DNA of 64,000 nucleotides, taken from contig JBBSVO010000006.1 of NCBI GenBank assembly GCA_038046805.1, positions 215,166 to 279,165 on the forward strand, given 5' to 3'. The translations under genes were made by a program, and so were the position numbers. A model generated the notes under the pieces. The model was given only the letters and a program-made list of their open reading frames with translations, was not told where the DNA came from and ran no database searches. Below, piece after piece: positions 37,774 to 48,394 of this stretch; position 1 is the stretch's first letter, and each line of letters starts with the position of its first letter. This DNA is from Candidatus Micrarchaeota archaeon (GTDB taxonomy: Archaea > Micrarchaeota > Micrarchaeia > Anstonellales > Bilamarchaeaceae).

Positions 37774-39501
37774 ATGGGCCTTGACGAGCTTCTCATTACA
37801 ACCGGAGTTGACGCGCTAGTTCGTCTTATTAAGGAAAAAGGTATGATTGAACTTTCTTTAGCTGCGCAGCTTTTGAATATTGATGCCGTTACTATTGAGG
37901 ACTGGGCACACACACTCGAGGAAGAAGGAATAATAAAAATAGAATATCATCTCACAAAGGTCTATTTAGCATGGGTTCAGCCTTCTGCAGAGGAAATTGA
38001 AAAGGAAAAAATCTCTATCACAAAAGGAAAGCAGGAAGTGATGCAGGAGATCGCAATTCTCAGAGAAAAGATTGCCCCCCAGGGAAAGGAACTCCGGGAT
38101 CTGAAGACCGAGTTTTCTGAAGTTTATAAAAAATTAAAGCCTGAAATGGAACGGCTTGGTAAATCCTTCAAGGACATCTCAGCCACACGGGAAAAAGGAG
38201 GAGAAAAGCTGATCAAACATCTTGAAAATCTTGACAATCTGCGTGCAGAGACAAATGGCCTTCAATCTGGCATAAATGATTTAAAAAAACAGATTTCTGA
38301 ACTTTCCGAGCAATTTAAGGAGAAGTCCTCTGCAGAACCACGGATCGTTTCAATAAAAAAGATGCAAGCGTCTTTCGAAGAACTAGGTACTGATCTCGCA
38401 AGCGTTCGCAAGACTGTTACCTCTCTTGCAAAGACAAGTCAAAAACCGCCAGTGCAACATGATGAAATGAAGAAACTAGCTGCTTCAATCAATGAACAAT
38501 TGGCTGCTTTGAAGAAGTCCATCGCAGAAACCCGGGGGTATGCAACAACAATAAAGGATGGCGTCGAACTTGTTGCTTTGACTGATCAAGCTTTCAAAGA
38601 ACGTTCTGATCGCATTTTACAGGCAAAAAAGGATGCCGAATCATTGCTAACTACGTTTGAAGAGTTGAAAGTGCGCAGTACTCTGCTTTCTGAGAAAATG
38701 CATGAAGATGCCGAGGCTCTGTCCCAATTATCCGAATCTGTTTCATTTGCCCATGGTAAGGGAGCTGGAAAGCAAATTTCACCGAGTGATCTCGACAAGA
38801 AACTTGTTGCTATGGAGGAAACAGAAGCAAAACTTGCTGCAAAGCTGGCTGCACTTGAGCAGGCCATGTCTTATGTTCCGAAAGAAGGGGGCGTTTCAAA
38901 AGAAGAAGTGGAAGAACTCCTGAAGACACTTGATGAAAAGAAGAAAATCCTTTCAGGTGAGATCGCGGAATTATTCAGTGCAGTAGAAGAGGAAAGCGGC
39001 ACATATACGACATTCCAGAAGATAAAGGAACGCGCGCTTTCATCTCTGGAAGAATATTCCACCAAACTTGAAAAACTGAGTACCTCTATAAAATCCATTT
39101 CAGAAGAAACAGGTAAAATCGAAAAAGAAGCGGAATCCAGTTTTGAAAAATTAAAAGGAACTGTCGGTGTCAAGGACGTAGAAGGCATTCTTTCTTCAGG
39201 AGAAAAACTAGTGGAAAAACAACATTTACTCGATGATATGGCAGAATCTATAGACGCACTTATTACAGAAGCGGATAATGTCTCCAAACATCTTAGCCTT
39301 CTTGCCAAGGAAGCGGAGTTAGTTTCTTTACGTGAGAGTGGAGTAGCTCCACCCTCTTCGCTTTCCTCAACCGGAGGAAAAGTACCGACCCAGGATGAAC
39401 TTGTAACTAATCTTTCGCTTACAAATAATGAACAAAAAGACTTTGAAAAGAAAAGAGAGGAGCTAAGGAATCTCATTAAAAAGTTGTGGGAAGAAGGTTA
39501 A
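37774..39501 (+). CDS. Long coiled-coil protein with N-terminal wHTH-like domain
   Basis: ITTGVDALVRLIKEKG.I....A...L......IEDW...LEEEG; heptad-rich remainder. Confidence 0.7.
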   Translation: MGLDELLITTGVDALVRLIKEKGMIELSLAAQLLNIDAVTIEDWAHTLEEEGIIKIEYHLTKVYLAWVQPSAEEIEKEKISITKGKQEVMQEIAILREKIAPQGKELRDLKTEFSEVYKKLKPEMERLGKSFKDISATREKGGEKLIKHLENLDNLRAETNGLQSGINDLKKQISELSEQFKEKSSAEPRIVSIKKMQASFEELGTDLASVRKTVTSLAKTSQKPPVQHDEMKKLAASINEQLAALKKSIAETRGYATTIKDGVELVALTDQAFKERSDRILQAKKDAESLLTTFEELKVRSTLLSEKMHEDAEALSQLSESVSFAHGKGAGKQISPSDLDKKLVAMEETEAKLAAKLAALEQAMSYVPKEGGVSKEEVEELLKTLDEKKKILSGEIAELFSAVEEESGTYTTFQKIKERALSSLEEYSTKLEKLSTSIKSISEETGKIEKEAESSFEKLKGTVGVKDVEGILSSGEKLVEKQHLLDDMAESIDALITEADNVSKHLSLLAKEAELVSLRESGVAPPSSLSSTGGKVPTQDELVTNLSLTNNEQKDFEKKREELRNLIKKLWEEG

Positions 39502-39538
39502 TCTGACATACGATTATTTATTACATAAGGTGATCCTG

Positions 39539-41140
39539 ATGGCAAAAGGCGATGAAAAAGAAAATAAACTTGTGGAATCAATAAAAGAGGGTATTGAAGA
39601 AGGCGAAGAAAGCGAAGGCTCAAAAAAGCCAGATTACCAAACGCGGGAATCTGTCAGAAAAACTTCTGCTTTATTGACTTATTATTCATTTTCCAGCGAA
39701 GGCATTCCGGTTGATGTCCGCATCACAAAAAAGGCGGATTTTGTTCCTATTTATGAGGTTACAATTCAGGGAATTGCCGAAGGTACGAAGCTTATACTGG
39801 AAACAAAACTTCGCGCAGAACTTATTTCCGAAGTCAAACTCGATATAAGTGAAATACTTGATCCTAAACGGTTTGCAGATGTAAAGAAAAAATTCCTCGA
39901 TGCCGCCGTGCGCATTCTTCAGAGAAATTTCCCAAGTCTTCCTGCAGATAAGATGAATTCACTGGCAGTATATCTTCTCCAAAACACGCTTGGTCTCGGC
40001 GAACTTGAAATTCTTTTGTCAGATGAATTGCTTGAAGAAATTGCAATAAACAATTCCCGTGATCCAATCTGGATTTATCACAAAAAATTCGGTTGGTGCA
40101 AGACAAATCTTCGCGTAAAAAATGAGGAAATGATTTACGATTACGCGTCTATGATCGCACGAAAGGTTGGAAGGCAGATAAACGTTCTCAACCCAATGCT
40201 TGATGCGCATCTTCCGACCGGAGACCGTGTGAACTCAACAGTGTTCCCCATCTCCCAGTTCGGAAATACACTCACGATACGAAAGTTTTCGAAAAATCCA
40301 TGGACAATAACGAACCTCATCCGTTCCAAAACCGTTTCTCCCGAGGTTGCAGCGCTTATCTGGATATGTATCCAGAATGAACTTTCACTTATTGTTTCGG
40401 GCGGAACCGGTAGCGGTAAAACCTCATTTTTGAATGCAATGGCAGGGCTTATTCCCGCGAATCAGCGTATAATCAGCATAGAAGATACGCGCGAGCTTAC
40501 GCTCCCATCTTTCCTTCATTGGATTCCGATGAACACAAGAGAAGCGAATCCAGAGGGGAAAGGAGAAGTTACAATGCTTGATTTGATGGTTAATGCACTA
40601 AGGCAAAGACCCGATAGAATCCTAGTCGGAGAAATCCGCAGACAGCGCGAAGCTGAGATTCTATTCGAGGCAATGCACACGGGCCATAGTGTTTATGCAA
40701 CACTTCATGCAGATAATTCCGAGCAGACGATCTCTAGATTGCTCAATCCTCCGATAAACATTCCAAAAGAAATGCTTGACGCGCTTGCCGGGATTGTTGT
40801 TCAATTCCGCCACAGGAGATTTAACATAAGGCGCACGATTGAATTTTCAGAAATGCTCAAAAACGGGAACCTCAATACAATGCACCGATGGGATGTAAAA
40901 ACAGATAAAGTGAAAAACATTGCGAAATCCGAGAGGATAAATGAACTTCTTTCGCTTTACTCTGGAATGGACGATGCAGAAATAGATGCTGACCTTGCAG
41001 AAAAAACAGACATACTGAACTGGATGGTCAAAAACGGTTATGAGGGCGTAGATGAAGTAGGGGCAATAGTTTCGCAATATTATCTTGACCCTGATTTGGT
41101 TGTTGATGCGTGCAAGAAGGGCGCAAAGTGGCAGTTTTAA
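39539..41140 (+). CDS. Type II/IV secretion (pilus assembly) ATPase, CpaF/VirB11 family
   Basis: GGTGSGKTS, IEDTREL, LRQRPDRILVGEIR, AMHTGH..YATLHA. Confidence 0.93.
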   Translation: MAKGDEKENKLVESIKEGIEEGEESEGSKKPDYQTRESVRKTSALLTYYSFSSEGIPVDVRITKKADFVPIYEVTIQGIAEGTKLILETKLRAELISEVKLDISEILDPKRFADVKKKFLDAAVRILQRNFPSLPADKMNSLAVYLLQNTLGLGELEILLSDELLEEIAINNSRDPIWIYHKKFGWCKTNLRVKNEEMIYDYASMIARKVGRQINVLNPMLDAHLPTGDRVNSTVFPISQFGNTLTIRKFSKNPWTITNLIRSKTVSPEVAALIWICIQNELSLIVSGGTGSGKTSFLNAMAGLIPANQRIISIEDTRELTLPSFLHWIPMNTREANPEGKGEVTMLDLMVNALRQRPDRILVGEIRRQREAEILFEAMHTGHSVYATLHADNSEQTISRLLNPPINIPKEMLDALAGIVVQFRHRRFNIRRTIEFSEMLKNGNLNTMHRWDVKTDKVKNIAKSERINELLSLYSGMDDAEIDADLAEKTDILNWMVKNGYEGVDEVGAIVSQYYLDPDLVVDACKKGAKWQF

Positions 41141-41210
41141 TTGGCATTGAGCCTTGGGAGTGAGCTTTGAGCCATTGGCCCACGGCCCATCGCCCACTGC
41201 TCACAGCTAA
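41141..41210. repeat. Degenerate heptamer repeats in inverted arrangement
   Basis: tgagcct/tgagctt/tgagcca followed by ..ggccc/..cgccc/..tgctc units. Confidence 0.65.
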
Positions 41211-41224
41211 ATGGTGGCTAAAAA

Positions 41225-43213
41225 ATGGCTGAAACAGCGTCGTTTGATGATTTGGTAGTTTCCGTGCGCAGAATAGAGTCTACTGCACTTCCAAAATCTG
41301 ACTTTCCTGAAAAAATAGATGCACGGAGAGTACTCGAATTTTCCCCAACGAAATTTTTAGACCAGGGATATCATGAAATTTTGAATGACTATTCTGTAAT
41401 TCAGAAGATTATCTCTACGTCAAAGCTTGATATTTTTACTTCTGGGGCAGGAGGAGAAAGAAAAGTCCCGCAGATGCAAACAATGGAAATAGAGTCAAAA
41501 GTAAAAGAAATAACTTCTGCGGCACTTGAAAGCAGGATGAAACTCGAGGAAGTCACTGTACCACCCCCAATAGAAGAATTTGAGGCTGAAAAAGGAGCAG
41601 AAAAAGTATCCTTAGAAAAACCCCAACCCACGAAGCCCTCTAAATCTCCGTCGGCTATGTTGTTCGAATCGGATTTTGACAAGGAATTGGAATCTGAATT
41701 TAAGCTTGAAGTTGAAAAAGAAAAAACCATCTCATTTGAAGAAAAACCCGTAGAAGCGTTGGGTAAGGAAGCGAAAAAGTCCGGGAAACCGGAATTTGAA
41801 GGTTTTGGGAGTGAAAAAGAGGAAGTTGTTGCCCCGCAATTTGAAGTTGAAACCGAAACAAAGGACGAAGCGCAAAAGAAAACTGAAAAAGAATTGAAGC
41901 CAACCAAGCTCACATTGCCCGTTCCAGAAGAAAAGGAGATTGAAAAACCATCAGAAGAATCTTTGCCTGAAAAACAGCTAGTTGAGGAAGTTCATCCAGA
42001 ACTAAAGCATGCGGAACCAAAGGTACCTCCGCTTTTGTTGCAACGTTCTGAGCAAGCCGGAGCCCAGCATTTTGAAAAAATGGAAGAGCACTTCAAATCA
42101 GAGTGGGGCGCGGGAATGAGCGAATCAGATATTCGAAAAAAGATGGTAGAACTTACGCGAGAGCTTTTCAAGGAAAAATCAACTGTTCGTAAAGAGGAGC
42201 TGAAAGCGCAGATTGTGATGTTAAAAGGTATGCTTGGAAAAGGAGAAGGGGCCGTCGTGGCACCAGCGTCTGTCGCTGTCTTAAAATCGGAAAAAGAAGA
42301 AAAAGAAACTGAAAAGCAGGATAAAAAGGCAAGGGCATTGGCTGCCCTGCGAGCCTTAAAAGAAAGGCGCAAGGGCGGTGCTGGAAAAGAAATTCCAATG
42401 GCTCCAGAATCTGCGGCAGTGGCAAAGCCAAGCTATTCCACAGGATTGCTGGAAACTGTTTCAAACACCCAGCGCGTAGAACTAACCTCTGCCAAAGAGA
42501 ATGTTCTTTCATCATTTTCATCGAAAATCCAGGAATTTAAGGATCAATTTAATTCTTCAGTTGCTGCATTGGAGGAAGATGAACGTGAAGAAGGCAAAAA
42601 GAAGGCCTATGATAAATTCATCTTCAGTCTCACCGCTTTGAAGAATCAGCTCCCGGCATTTTCAGCAAAATTTGAGTCATTTGTTGCCAAAAAACATTCT
42701 TCCGAGCTCGGGAAACTTAAGGAATCTGTTGAAAAAGAAGATCCAAAGGGCGCGACGGCCGTTTCCGAAAAAATATCCACACTTCAAAAAATATATGCAG
42801 ACGAATTTGAAAATGTCCGCGATATCATCTCGCGAAATATAGATTCGGTTATAGATTCAATGGGTCCATTCGTATTTGCTGCAAAAGAAGAAGTAAAGGA
42901 AAAAGAAGAGCCTGCGCAAAAAGAGGAAATTTCGGGAAAGAGTGAAACCAAACCCAAAGAAAAGAAACCCGAAAAATCGGAAAAACAAGAAAAACAGGAA
43001 AAGTTTGAATCGGAAGACGTCCTTCGTGAGATCGAGGGTATGGATGACGGCAGTTTGCTATACTATCTCCATTCCACTGATAAAGAAACCTATCGTCAAT
43101 ACGAGCGCAAGCATATATCCAAACACGAGGCGGTTTTCAAGGCAAAGAGATTGATTGCCAAGGAACGTGGCATGAGTGCGGTTCAACTCGCAAAATATTT
43201 CGGAAAAGGTTAG
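41225..43213 (+). CDS. Large Glu/Lys-rich hypothetical protein in pilus locus
   Basis: 662-aa ORF, low-complexity acidic linkers and helical domains. Confidence 0.7.
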   Translation: MAETASFDDLVVSVRRIESTALPKSDFPEKIDARRVLEFSPTKFLDQGYHEILNDYSVIQKIISTSKLDIFTSGAGGERKVPQMQTMEIESKVKEITSAALESRMKLEEVTVPPPIEEFEAEKGAEKVSLEKPQPTKPSKSPSAMLFESDFDKELESEFKLEVEKEKTISFEEKPVEALGKEAKKSGKPEFEGFGSEKEEVVAPQFEVETETKDEAQKKTEKELKPTKLTLPVPEEKEIEKPSEESLPEKQLVEEVHPELKHAEPKVPPLLLQRSEQAGAQHFEKMEEHFKSEWGAGMSESDIRKKMVELTRELFKEKSTVRKEELKAQIVMLKGMLGKGEGAVVAPASVAVLKSEKEEKETEKQDKKARALAALRALKERRKGGAGKEIPMAPESAAVAKPSYSTGLLETVSNTQRVELTSAKENVLSSFSSKIQEFKDQFNSSVAALEEDEREEGKKKAYDKFIFSLTALKNQLPAFSAKFESFVAKKHSSELGKLKESVEKEDPKGATAVSEKISTLQKIYADEFENVRDIISRNIDSVIDSMGPFVFAAKEEVKEKEEPAQKEEISGKSETKPKEKKPEKSEKQEKQEKFESEDVLREIEGMDDGSLLYYLHSTDKETYRQYERKHISKHEAVFKAKRLIAKERGMSAVQLAKYFGKG

Positions 43214-43244
43214 TTTTATAAAACTCCAATACAAAGGTGTTTCA

Positions 43245-44120
43245 ATGGTTGCTAGAAAATTCATTCCTGCCCAGGAACGGCAAAGAAAATATAATCCGTT
43301 TACTCCTATTGCAGAGCTTTTGCTTCCATATTTTCCGGATTTGAAAAAGAAATTGATCGGAGGACAGATCCAGCAGTCACCTATCGAATTTCTCGAAAGA
43401 GCGGCAATGTCTACGAGTTTTCTCTCAATAGCGCTTATCATTCTCACTGTTATGTTTTTTGTGCGAACAAATACATCTCTATTTTTCATTATTCCTTTTT
43501 TAGTCGTATATCCGTTTCTCACATTCAATTTTATGATGCTTTATCCTGATGCTTATCTAAAGAAAAGGCAAAGGGAACTAGATCGGGACATAGTATTTGC
43601 AGGAAGACACCTGGTAATTGCTCTCCGCTCCGGAATGCCGCTTTTTGATTCAATTGTCGGTGTGTCCTCTGGCCATGGAGAAGTTAGCAAGGAATTCAAT
43701 TCTATTGTTGAAAGGGTTACGATCGGTACTCCTCTCTCACAGGCAATCCGCGAGGTTGCTCAGAACAACCCCTCAAAGTCTTTTGTTCGCCTTACAATGC
43801 AGATAAACAATGCCCTTTCTTCTGGTGCTGATGTTGCAAGTTCCATGGATGCAGTGCTTGATCAAATTTCAAAGGAGCAGATGATCGATCTAAAAGAATA
43901 TGGGCAAAAACTTACCCCGATGGTAATGTTCTTTATGATATTCGGGATTATCATGCCATCGCTTGGCGTTGCATTTGCGATAATCCTGTTCTCGTTGATA
44001 AGTGGTGGGAAAGTTGGAATAACTTCTTCGGTTCTAGTGCTTGTGTTTGCGCTTATAGCCGTAGTTCAGTTCTTGTTCCTGGCAATGGTGGAGAATTCAA
44101 GACCCAATTATGTAGTTTAG
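43245..44120 (+). CDS. Type II secretion system F / TadC-like platform protein
   Basis: LRSGMPL, G.VS.EF..IV.....G.PL..A, TM helices. Confidence 0.88.
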   Translation: MVARKFIPAQERQRKYNPFTPIAELLLPYFPDLKKKLIGGQIQQSPIEFLERAAMSTSFLSIALIILTVMFFVRTNTSLFFIIPFLVVYPFLTFNFMMLYPDAYLKKRQRELDRDIVFAGRHLVIALRSGMPLFDSIVGVSSGHGEVSKEFNSIVERVTIGTPLSQAIREVAQNNPSKSFVRLTMQINNALSSGADVASSMDAVLDQISKEQMIDLKEYGQKLTPMVMFFMIFGIIMPSLGVAFAIILFSLISGGKVGITSSVLVLVFALIAVVQFLFLAMVENSRPNYVV

Positions 44121-44125
44121 GTGAA

Positions 44126-45187
44126 ATGACTATGGCCGTACGCTCATCTTTCTTTGAAATCTTCGGAAGGCTCTTATCCAGAGAGCAGATACGCGGCATA
44201 AGCAAGCACCTTTCAGCAGCAGGCATAGAATACTCGGCAGAGGCATTTGCAGGATACTTTGTCCTTAACGTGGTTATTCTCACTCTTTTACTTGCATTTT
44301 CCATTTGGTATGTTCCTTCTCTCAATAAACTGGTGTTCGGCCTTGTTCTTGTCGTACTGCCAACTGCATATGCAGAAGTTGTTGCAATAATGTCTGTGAT
44401 GCTCGCAGTGTTCGTAGTATTTTTTGTTCTATTCTTCGTTCTGTCCTCTGTTCTTATAGTTATGACCGAAGCGCGCAGAAAGGCACTCGAAGCAGCACTT
44501 CCAGACTTTCTCATGCTTGTTGCAGCGAACATCCGCGCAGGAATGCCGCTTGATCAGGCGATGTGGTATTCTGCAAAACCGGATTTTGGTTTAATCTCAA
44601 CAGAAATAAAAAGTATAATCAAAAAATCATTCAGCGGAAGTTCTCTTTCATCAGTGCTTGACGAGCTTTCTGAAAGATTTGATTCAAAGGTTTTTGCAAG
44701 AACTGTCTCATTGATAAAACAAGCATCTAATACTGGTGGAGAGCTTTCAGAAATACTTGAACGCACTTCTCAGGATGCGCGCAATGCGCTTTTAATGAAA
44801 AAGGAAATCTCCGCCTCTCTAGTGCTATACGAAATTTTTGTATTCTTTTCCGCTGCGATAGGAACTCCATTCCTGTTTTCAGTTTCATCAAAACTTATCG
44901 GAGTTCTTGAAAAGGCATTTACCTATCTCCCAGCCACAAAAACATCTGTACAGCAATTTTCATTCTTCAAGCCAGTTGCCCCACTGGTTACTTCAACGGA
45001 ATTTTATTATTTCACCTTGGCAGCCCTGCTTGTAACAGCAATCTTCTCATCATTCATCATAGGTGTGATTCGCACAGGTTCAAAGAACGAGGGAATCAAA
45101 TTCCTTCCGTTTGTTGCGGTGAGCGCGTTTATAGTTTATTTCATTGTGTCCACGCTTTTGGACACGTTCTTTTCAAGTATTTCTTGA
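44126..45187 (+). CDS. Type II secretion system F / TadC-like platform protein
   Basis: LPDFL.L.A.NIRAGMP...A, GGEL..ILE. Confidence 0.88.
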   Translation: MTMAVRSSFFEIFGRLLSREQIRGISKHLSAAGIEYSAEAFAGYFVLNVVILTLLLAFSIWYVPSLNKLVFGLVLVVLPTAYAEVVAIMSVMLAVFVVFFVLFFVLSSVLIVMTEARRKALEAALPDFLMLVAANIRAGMPLDQAMWYSAKPDFGLISTEIKSIIKKSFSGSSLSSVLDELSERFDSKVFARTVSLIKQASNTGGELSEILERTSQDARNALLMKKEISASLVLYEIFVFFSAAIGTPFLFSVSSKLIGVLEKAFTYLPATKTSVQQFSFFKPVAPLVTSTEFYYFTLAALLVTAIFSSFIIGVIRTGSKNEGIKFLPFVAVSAFIVYFIVSTLLDTFFSSIS

Positions 45188-45255
45188 ATATACAAAACCA
45201 ACCAAGTAATTCCGAGTGTTGACTTTGGAATTTCAGAGAGGGTTTTGTATAGATT

Positions 45256-45313
45256 GACCGACAAATCGGCGCACCGATTTGTGGTCCAGTGAACGGTTCG
45301 CCGTTCACTTGGA
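45256..45313 (+). mobile_element. Double-hairpin micro-element copy 4
   Basis: GA-CCGA-CAAATCGG cgca CCGATTTG-TGGTCCA-GTGAACGG ttcg CCGTTCAC-TTG-GA. Confidence 0.8.
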
Positions 45314-45374
45314 GACGAGAAAACATTCTTGTCTCAGGATAAAATACAAAATAACTATTATGGGGTGAAAAAAT

Positions 45375-45926
45375 ATGGTTGAAAAAAGCGTTCGCCACCA
45401 GTCCAAAGGACAGGCGGCGATGGAATACCTTATGACATACGGCTGGGCGATATTGGTTATCGTCATTGTTATTGCGGCACTATTGTTCCTGAATCCGTTT
45501 AAGGCACCGGAAACATGCTTATTCCAGCAGCCTGGTTTTAGCTGCTCTGAAGCAAAGCCGCAGGTTTTTGTAGGTGAAGATGGAGCAACAAAGGTCAGCA
45601 TGAGAATCTACAACAAACAGGGCCAGGTTGTCAAGCTGAAGAAAGTTCTCTGCACGAATGTTGCCAGCGGTGATATAACCTCGGATAATGCAGACGATTT
45701 TTCCGCAGAGCCGATGTCGGTTCCTGCCGGTGGAAGCGTTCTCTTTTCTGGAGATACTGCTGTGACATGCAAGGATGAAAGCGGAAATGCATTGCAGTTA
45801 TCCGCAAATTCCGAGTTCAAGGGAATCGTTGCATTGTGGTATAACTTTGACAATGATCCTGACCAGGACATAGAACGGACGGCTACGGCAACCTTGATTA
45901 GCACTGTGCTTGCGACAGGACAATAA
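45375..45926 (+). CDS. Type IV pilin (class III signal peptide)
   Basis: KGQAAMEYLMTYGWAILVIVIVI. Confidence 0.9.
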   Translation: MVEKSVRHQSKGQAAMEYLMTYGWAILVIVIVIAALLFLNPFKAPETCLFQQPGFSCSEAKPQVFVGEDGATKVSMRIYNKQGQVVKLKKVLCTNVASGDITSDNADDFSAEPMSVPAGGSVLFSGDTAVTCKDESGNALQLSANSEFKGIVALWYNFDNDPDQDIERTATATLISTVLATGQ

Positions 45927-46050
45927 TTCGGAAATTCTTTCTTTTTTCTTATTTTTTCTATTTTTTGATTTTTTACGGTTTCTTTATTATTTTGCTTTCT
46001 TTGTCTGTTTCAGGATGGGCTATTTAAATATTGTGGTATATACTATATTT

Positions 46051-47115
46051 ATGAGTTTAAAGTTGTTTAGCAGTGGCTTTTCAAAAGAAGGTGCCTGCGA
46101 TCGGCGAGTCTTCCTTAAACGTCTTGGTGATTTAGCTTTGGCATCGTCCATCGGCTGTGGCGGAGAGTTGCTTATCTCAACGCATAACTTACACTGCGAG
46201 TCAATTCCCATGCGTACTGAAGATCAACAAGTGTCAGAACAAGTACTCTTGGCTCTTAAAGCCATACCAAAATCTACGGATAACATCCAAGATATGCTTT
46301 TGGCGTTGCCCTTTTTGAATGCCATACACTATGGGTTGACTGGAGATGTTTTTCATCCAGATCTGAGAATCGCGTTTGAATGTCCGGGTGATCTGTTGCC
46401 CACGCTTCCAGATAGAGTGGCAGGCGCAGTGTATATTGGCGAACACAAAACCATTCTCACGCACCAGGTAAGTGGATTTATGACTCGTGGTTTGTGGCTA
46501 GGCGTAGTTATGCACGAAAGTGGGCATGCGTATGACCATCTGGAACTTGGAGATCATAAAAACGAATTTTGTTCAACATTCTTCGAACTGTGTGGTTCAG
46601 TGCTTATCGACAGATCAATTCCACCTCCCGAAAAGCAGTGGGTGAGCGAAGGCGAGAAATTTGATGCAAACATGCTAATGGAAGAAAATCTCTCTGCATC
46701 CCTAAAACTATTGCGTATGAGTATGCATGATGCTTATTTGGAATACCATAGACAACTAACTCAAAAAGAAGCACCAATTCTTAGTTATGGCGCCGGCACT
46801 CTCAATGCGTATGGCAAGTTGGTTGAAGCAGGGGGTATCCAAGGTGCATTCGAATTAATAATATCTAGGGACAAGGCAGAATTCTTGGAAGAGTCCCAAA
46901 AACCGAGATCATTGAAAGAATTCGCAGAATTGCTACGCAATGGTTTGGAAATCCTGAAACAAGAGATGCTGTCCGGGGTATATGGTAAGAAACTAACTCA
47001 AATCGTCTTTACTGATCCTAGTAAAAAAGACGAATCTACTGTCTTTTCGTATGTAGATTATTTATTTCAAAAATTAGAAGAGCAAGTTTCTTTGTATGTT
47101 GCAAAACTCTCATAA
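46051..47115 (+). CDS. Putative exported zincin-like metallopeptidase
   Basis: RRVFLK twin-arginine motif, SSIGC lipobox-like, VMHESGH (HExxH) with downstream E. Confidence 0.5.
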   Translation: MSLKLFSSGFSKEGACDRRVFLKRLGDLALASSIGCGGELLISTHNLHCESIPMRTEDQQVSEQVLLALKAIPKSTDNIQDMLLALPFLNAIHYGLTGDVFHPDLRIAFECPGDLLPTLPDRVAGAVYIGEHKTILTHQVSGFMTRGLWLGVVMHESGHAYDHLELGDHKNEFCSTFFELCGSVLIDRSIPPPEKQWVSEGEKFDANMLMEENLSASLKLLRMSMHDAYLEYHRQLTQKEAPILSYGAGTLNAYGKLVEAGGIQGAFELIISRDKAEFLEESQKPRSLKEFAELLRNGLEILKQEMLSGVYGKKLTQIVFTDPSKKDESTVFSYVDYLFQKLEEQVSLYVAKLS

Positions 47116-48369
47116 ACCCTTTTTATTTCCACACGCCAATTCCTCTATCGCTCTTGCCGCCCTTTCCCCTGATCCTCCGTCAATTGAGAGAAGCTGCTCG
47201 CTTAGGAATCCCTCACGGTTCTTTTCCATATTCTTTAGAAGCGTCGTGTCGCCAAGAAGCCTTCTTATTACTCCTTTGATTTCCTCTTTTTTTCTCATTT
47301 CCAGCGCAACTCCTTTGCTGACGTATTCCTCAGGATATGGGATACACGGGTATGGTCTTCCTGTAAGATTCACTATTCCGACAGGTCGTCCCATTATTAT
47401 TGCGTCAAGCGCAACACTGGAAATGTCTGTTAGAACTGCTCCAGAAACATCTATTAGGTCATAAATATTCGTGTCTTTGGTTACAATTACCCGGGTACGC
47501 TGCTCCGTCGTTAGATATTTGTCATAATCTGATTGAATTTCACGCGGATGGATTTTAATGATGAGTTGAACCTTCTCGTTATCATCCTTCATTTCGCAGA
47601 CTTCTGAAACCACGCTCTTTACAAAGTATTCCATGTCCTCATAAGTCCAGAGCCTTGCGCCTGCCAGATCTGATGTTGCAAGAAGGACAATTTTTTTGTT
47701 TTGCGGAATTCCGAACGTCTTTCGTATATCGCTTTTGGGTTTATATCCTCCGGAAAATTTATCGTAATCAGGGTTTCCAACAACAACTACTCGGGATGGT
47801 TCAGTGCCTTTATCCACAAGCATCTTTTTCGTGAATTCCCCAAACACTGCAATCCTTGTGCAGTTTCCGATTCCATAGCGCGCACGCGGCTTCACATTAT
47901 CATTTTGGATTTTGTTTTTGTTTCCAATCGCACGCAATTTATCTCCCAACCGTTTCAGCAGGTATTGCGGCTTGTAGAGCGAGAATGCCCTTAAAAGATG
48001 CCTGAATGTGAATTTTGTTGTTGCAGTGATTACATGGTATGCCCCGTCCTGAAGAGTTATGCTTGGAATCCCAAGTTCGTTTGCAGCATCAACAAACATT
48101 GCAGGGGTTACTTCAGTATAATTTCCAATGACAACAACAGAGGGCTTTTTGCGTTTTATAATATCACGTGCAGAGTCTATGTTGAGCTCTTCCAGTCTTT
48201 CATACGGGATTCCCGCGGCATCCAACGCTTCTTCTATTCCCTCTTGTTTGAACTTGGCTATGCTCACGACTTCTAATCTTTTGCGCAAATGCTTGGCAAC
48301 CGGAAGAAATTTTCTTATCTGGATGTCATTTCCGGGAATATAAAGGATACAACGATTGTTTTCTGTCAT
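47110..48369 (-). CDS. GT-B fold surface-carbohydrate protein (CDP-glycerol glycerophosphotransferase / UDP-GlcNAc 2-epimerase-like)
   Basis: VVGNP.YD, IKIHPRE, SSV.LDA...G.P, DGGSGERAA. Confidence 0.75.
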   Translation of the reverse strand: MTENNRCILYIPGNDIQIRKFLPVAKHLRKRLEVVSIAKFKQEGIEEALDAAGIPYERLEELNIDSARDIIKRKKPSVVVIGNYTEVTPAMFVDAANELGIPSITLQDGAYHVITATTKFTFRHLLRAFSLYKPQYLLKRLGDKLRAIGNKNKIQNDNVKPRARYGIGNCTRIAVFGEFTKKMLVDKGTEPSRVVVVGNPDYDKFSGGYKPKSDIRKTFGIPQNKKIVLLATSDLAGARLWTYEDMEYFVKSVVSEVCEMKDDNEKVQLIIKIHPREIQSDYDKYLTTEQRTRVIVTKDTNIYDLIDVSGAVLTDISSVALDAIIMGRPVGIVNLTGRPYPCIPYPEEYVSKGVALEMRKKEEIKGVIRRLLGDTTLLKNMEKNREGFLSEQLLSIDGGSGERAARAIEELACGNKKGL

Positions 48370-48394
48370 TTTGGTTCCACCCATGTTTCCTATT

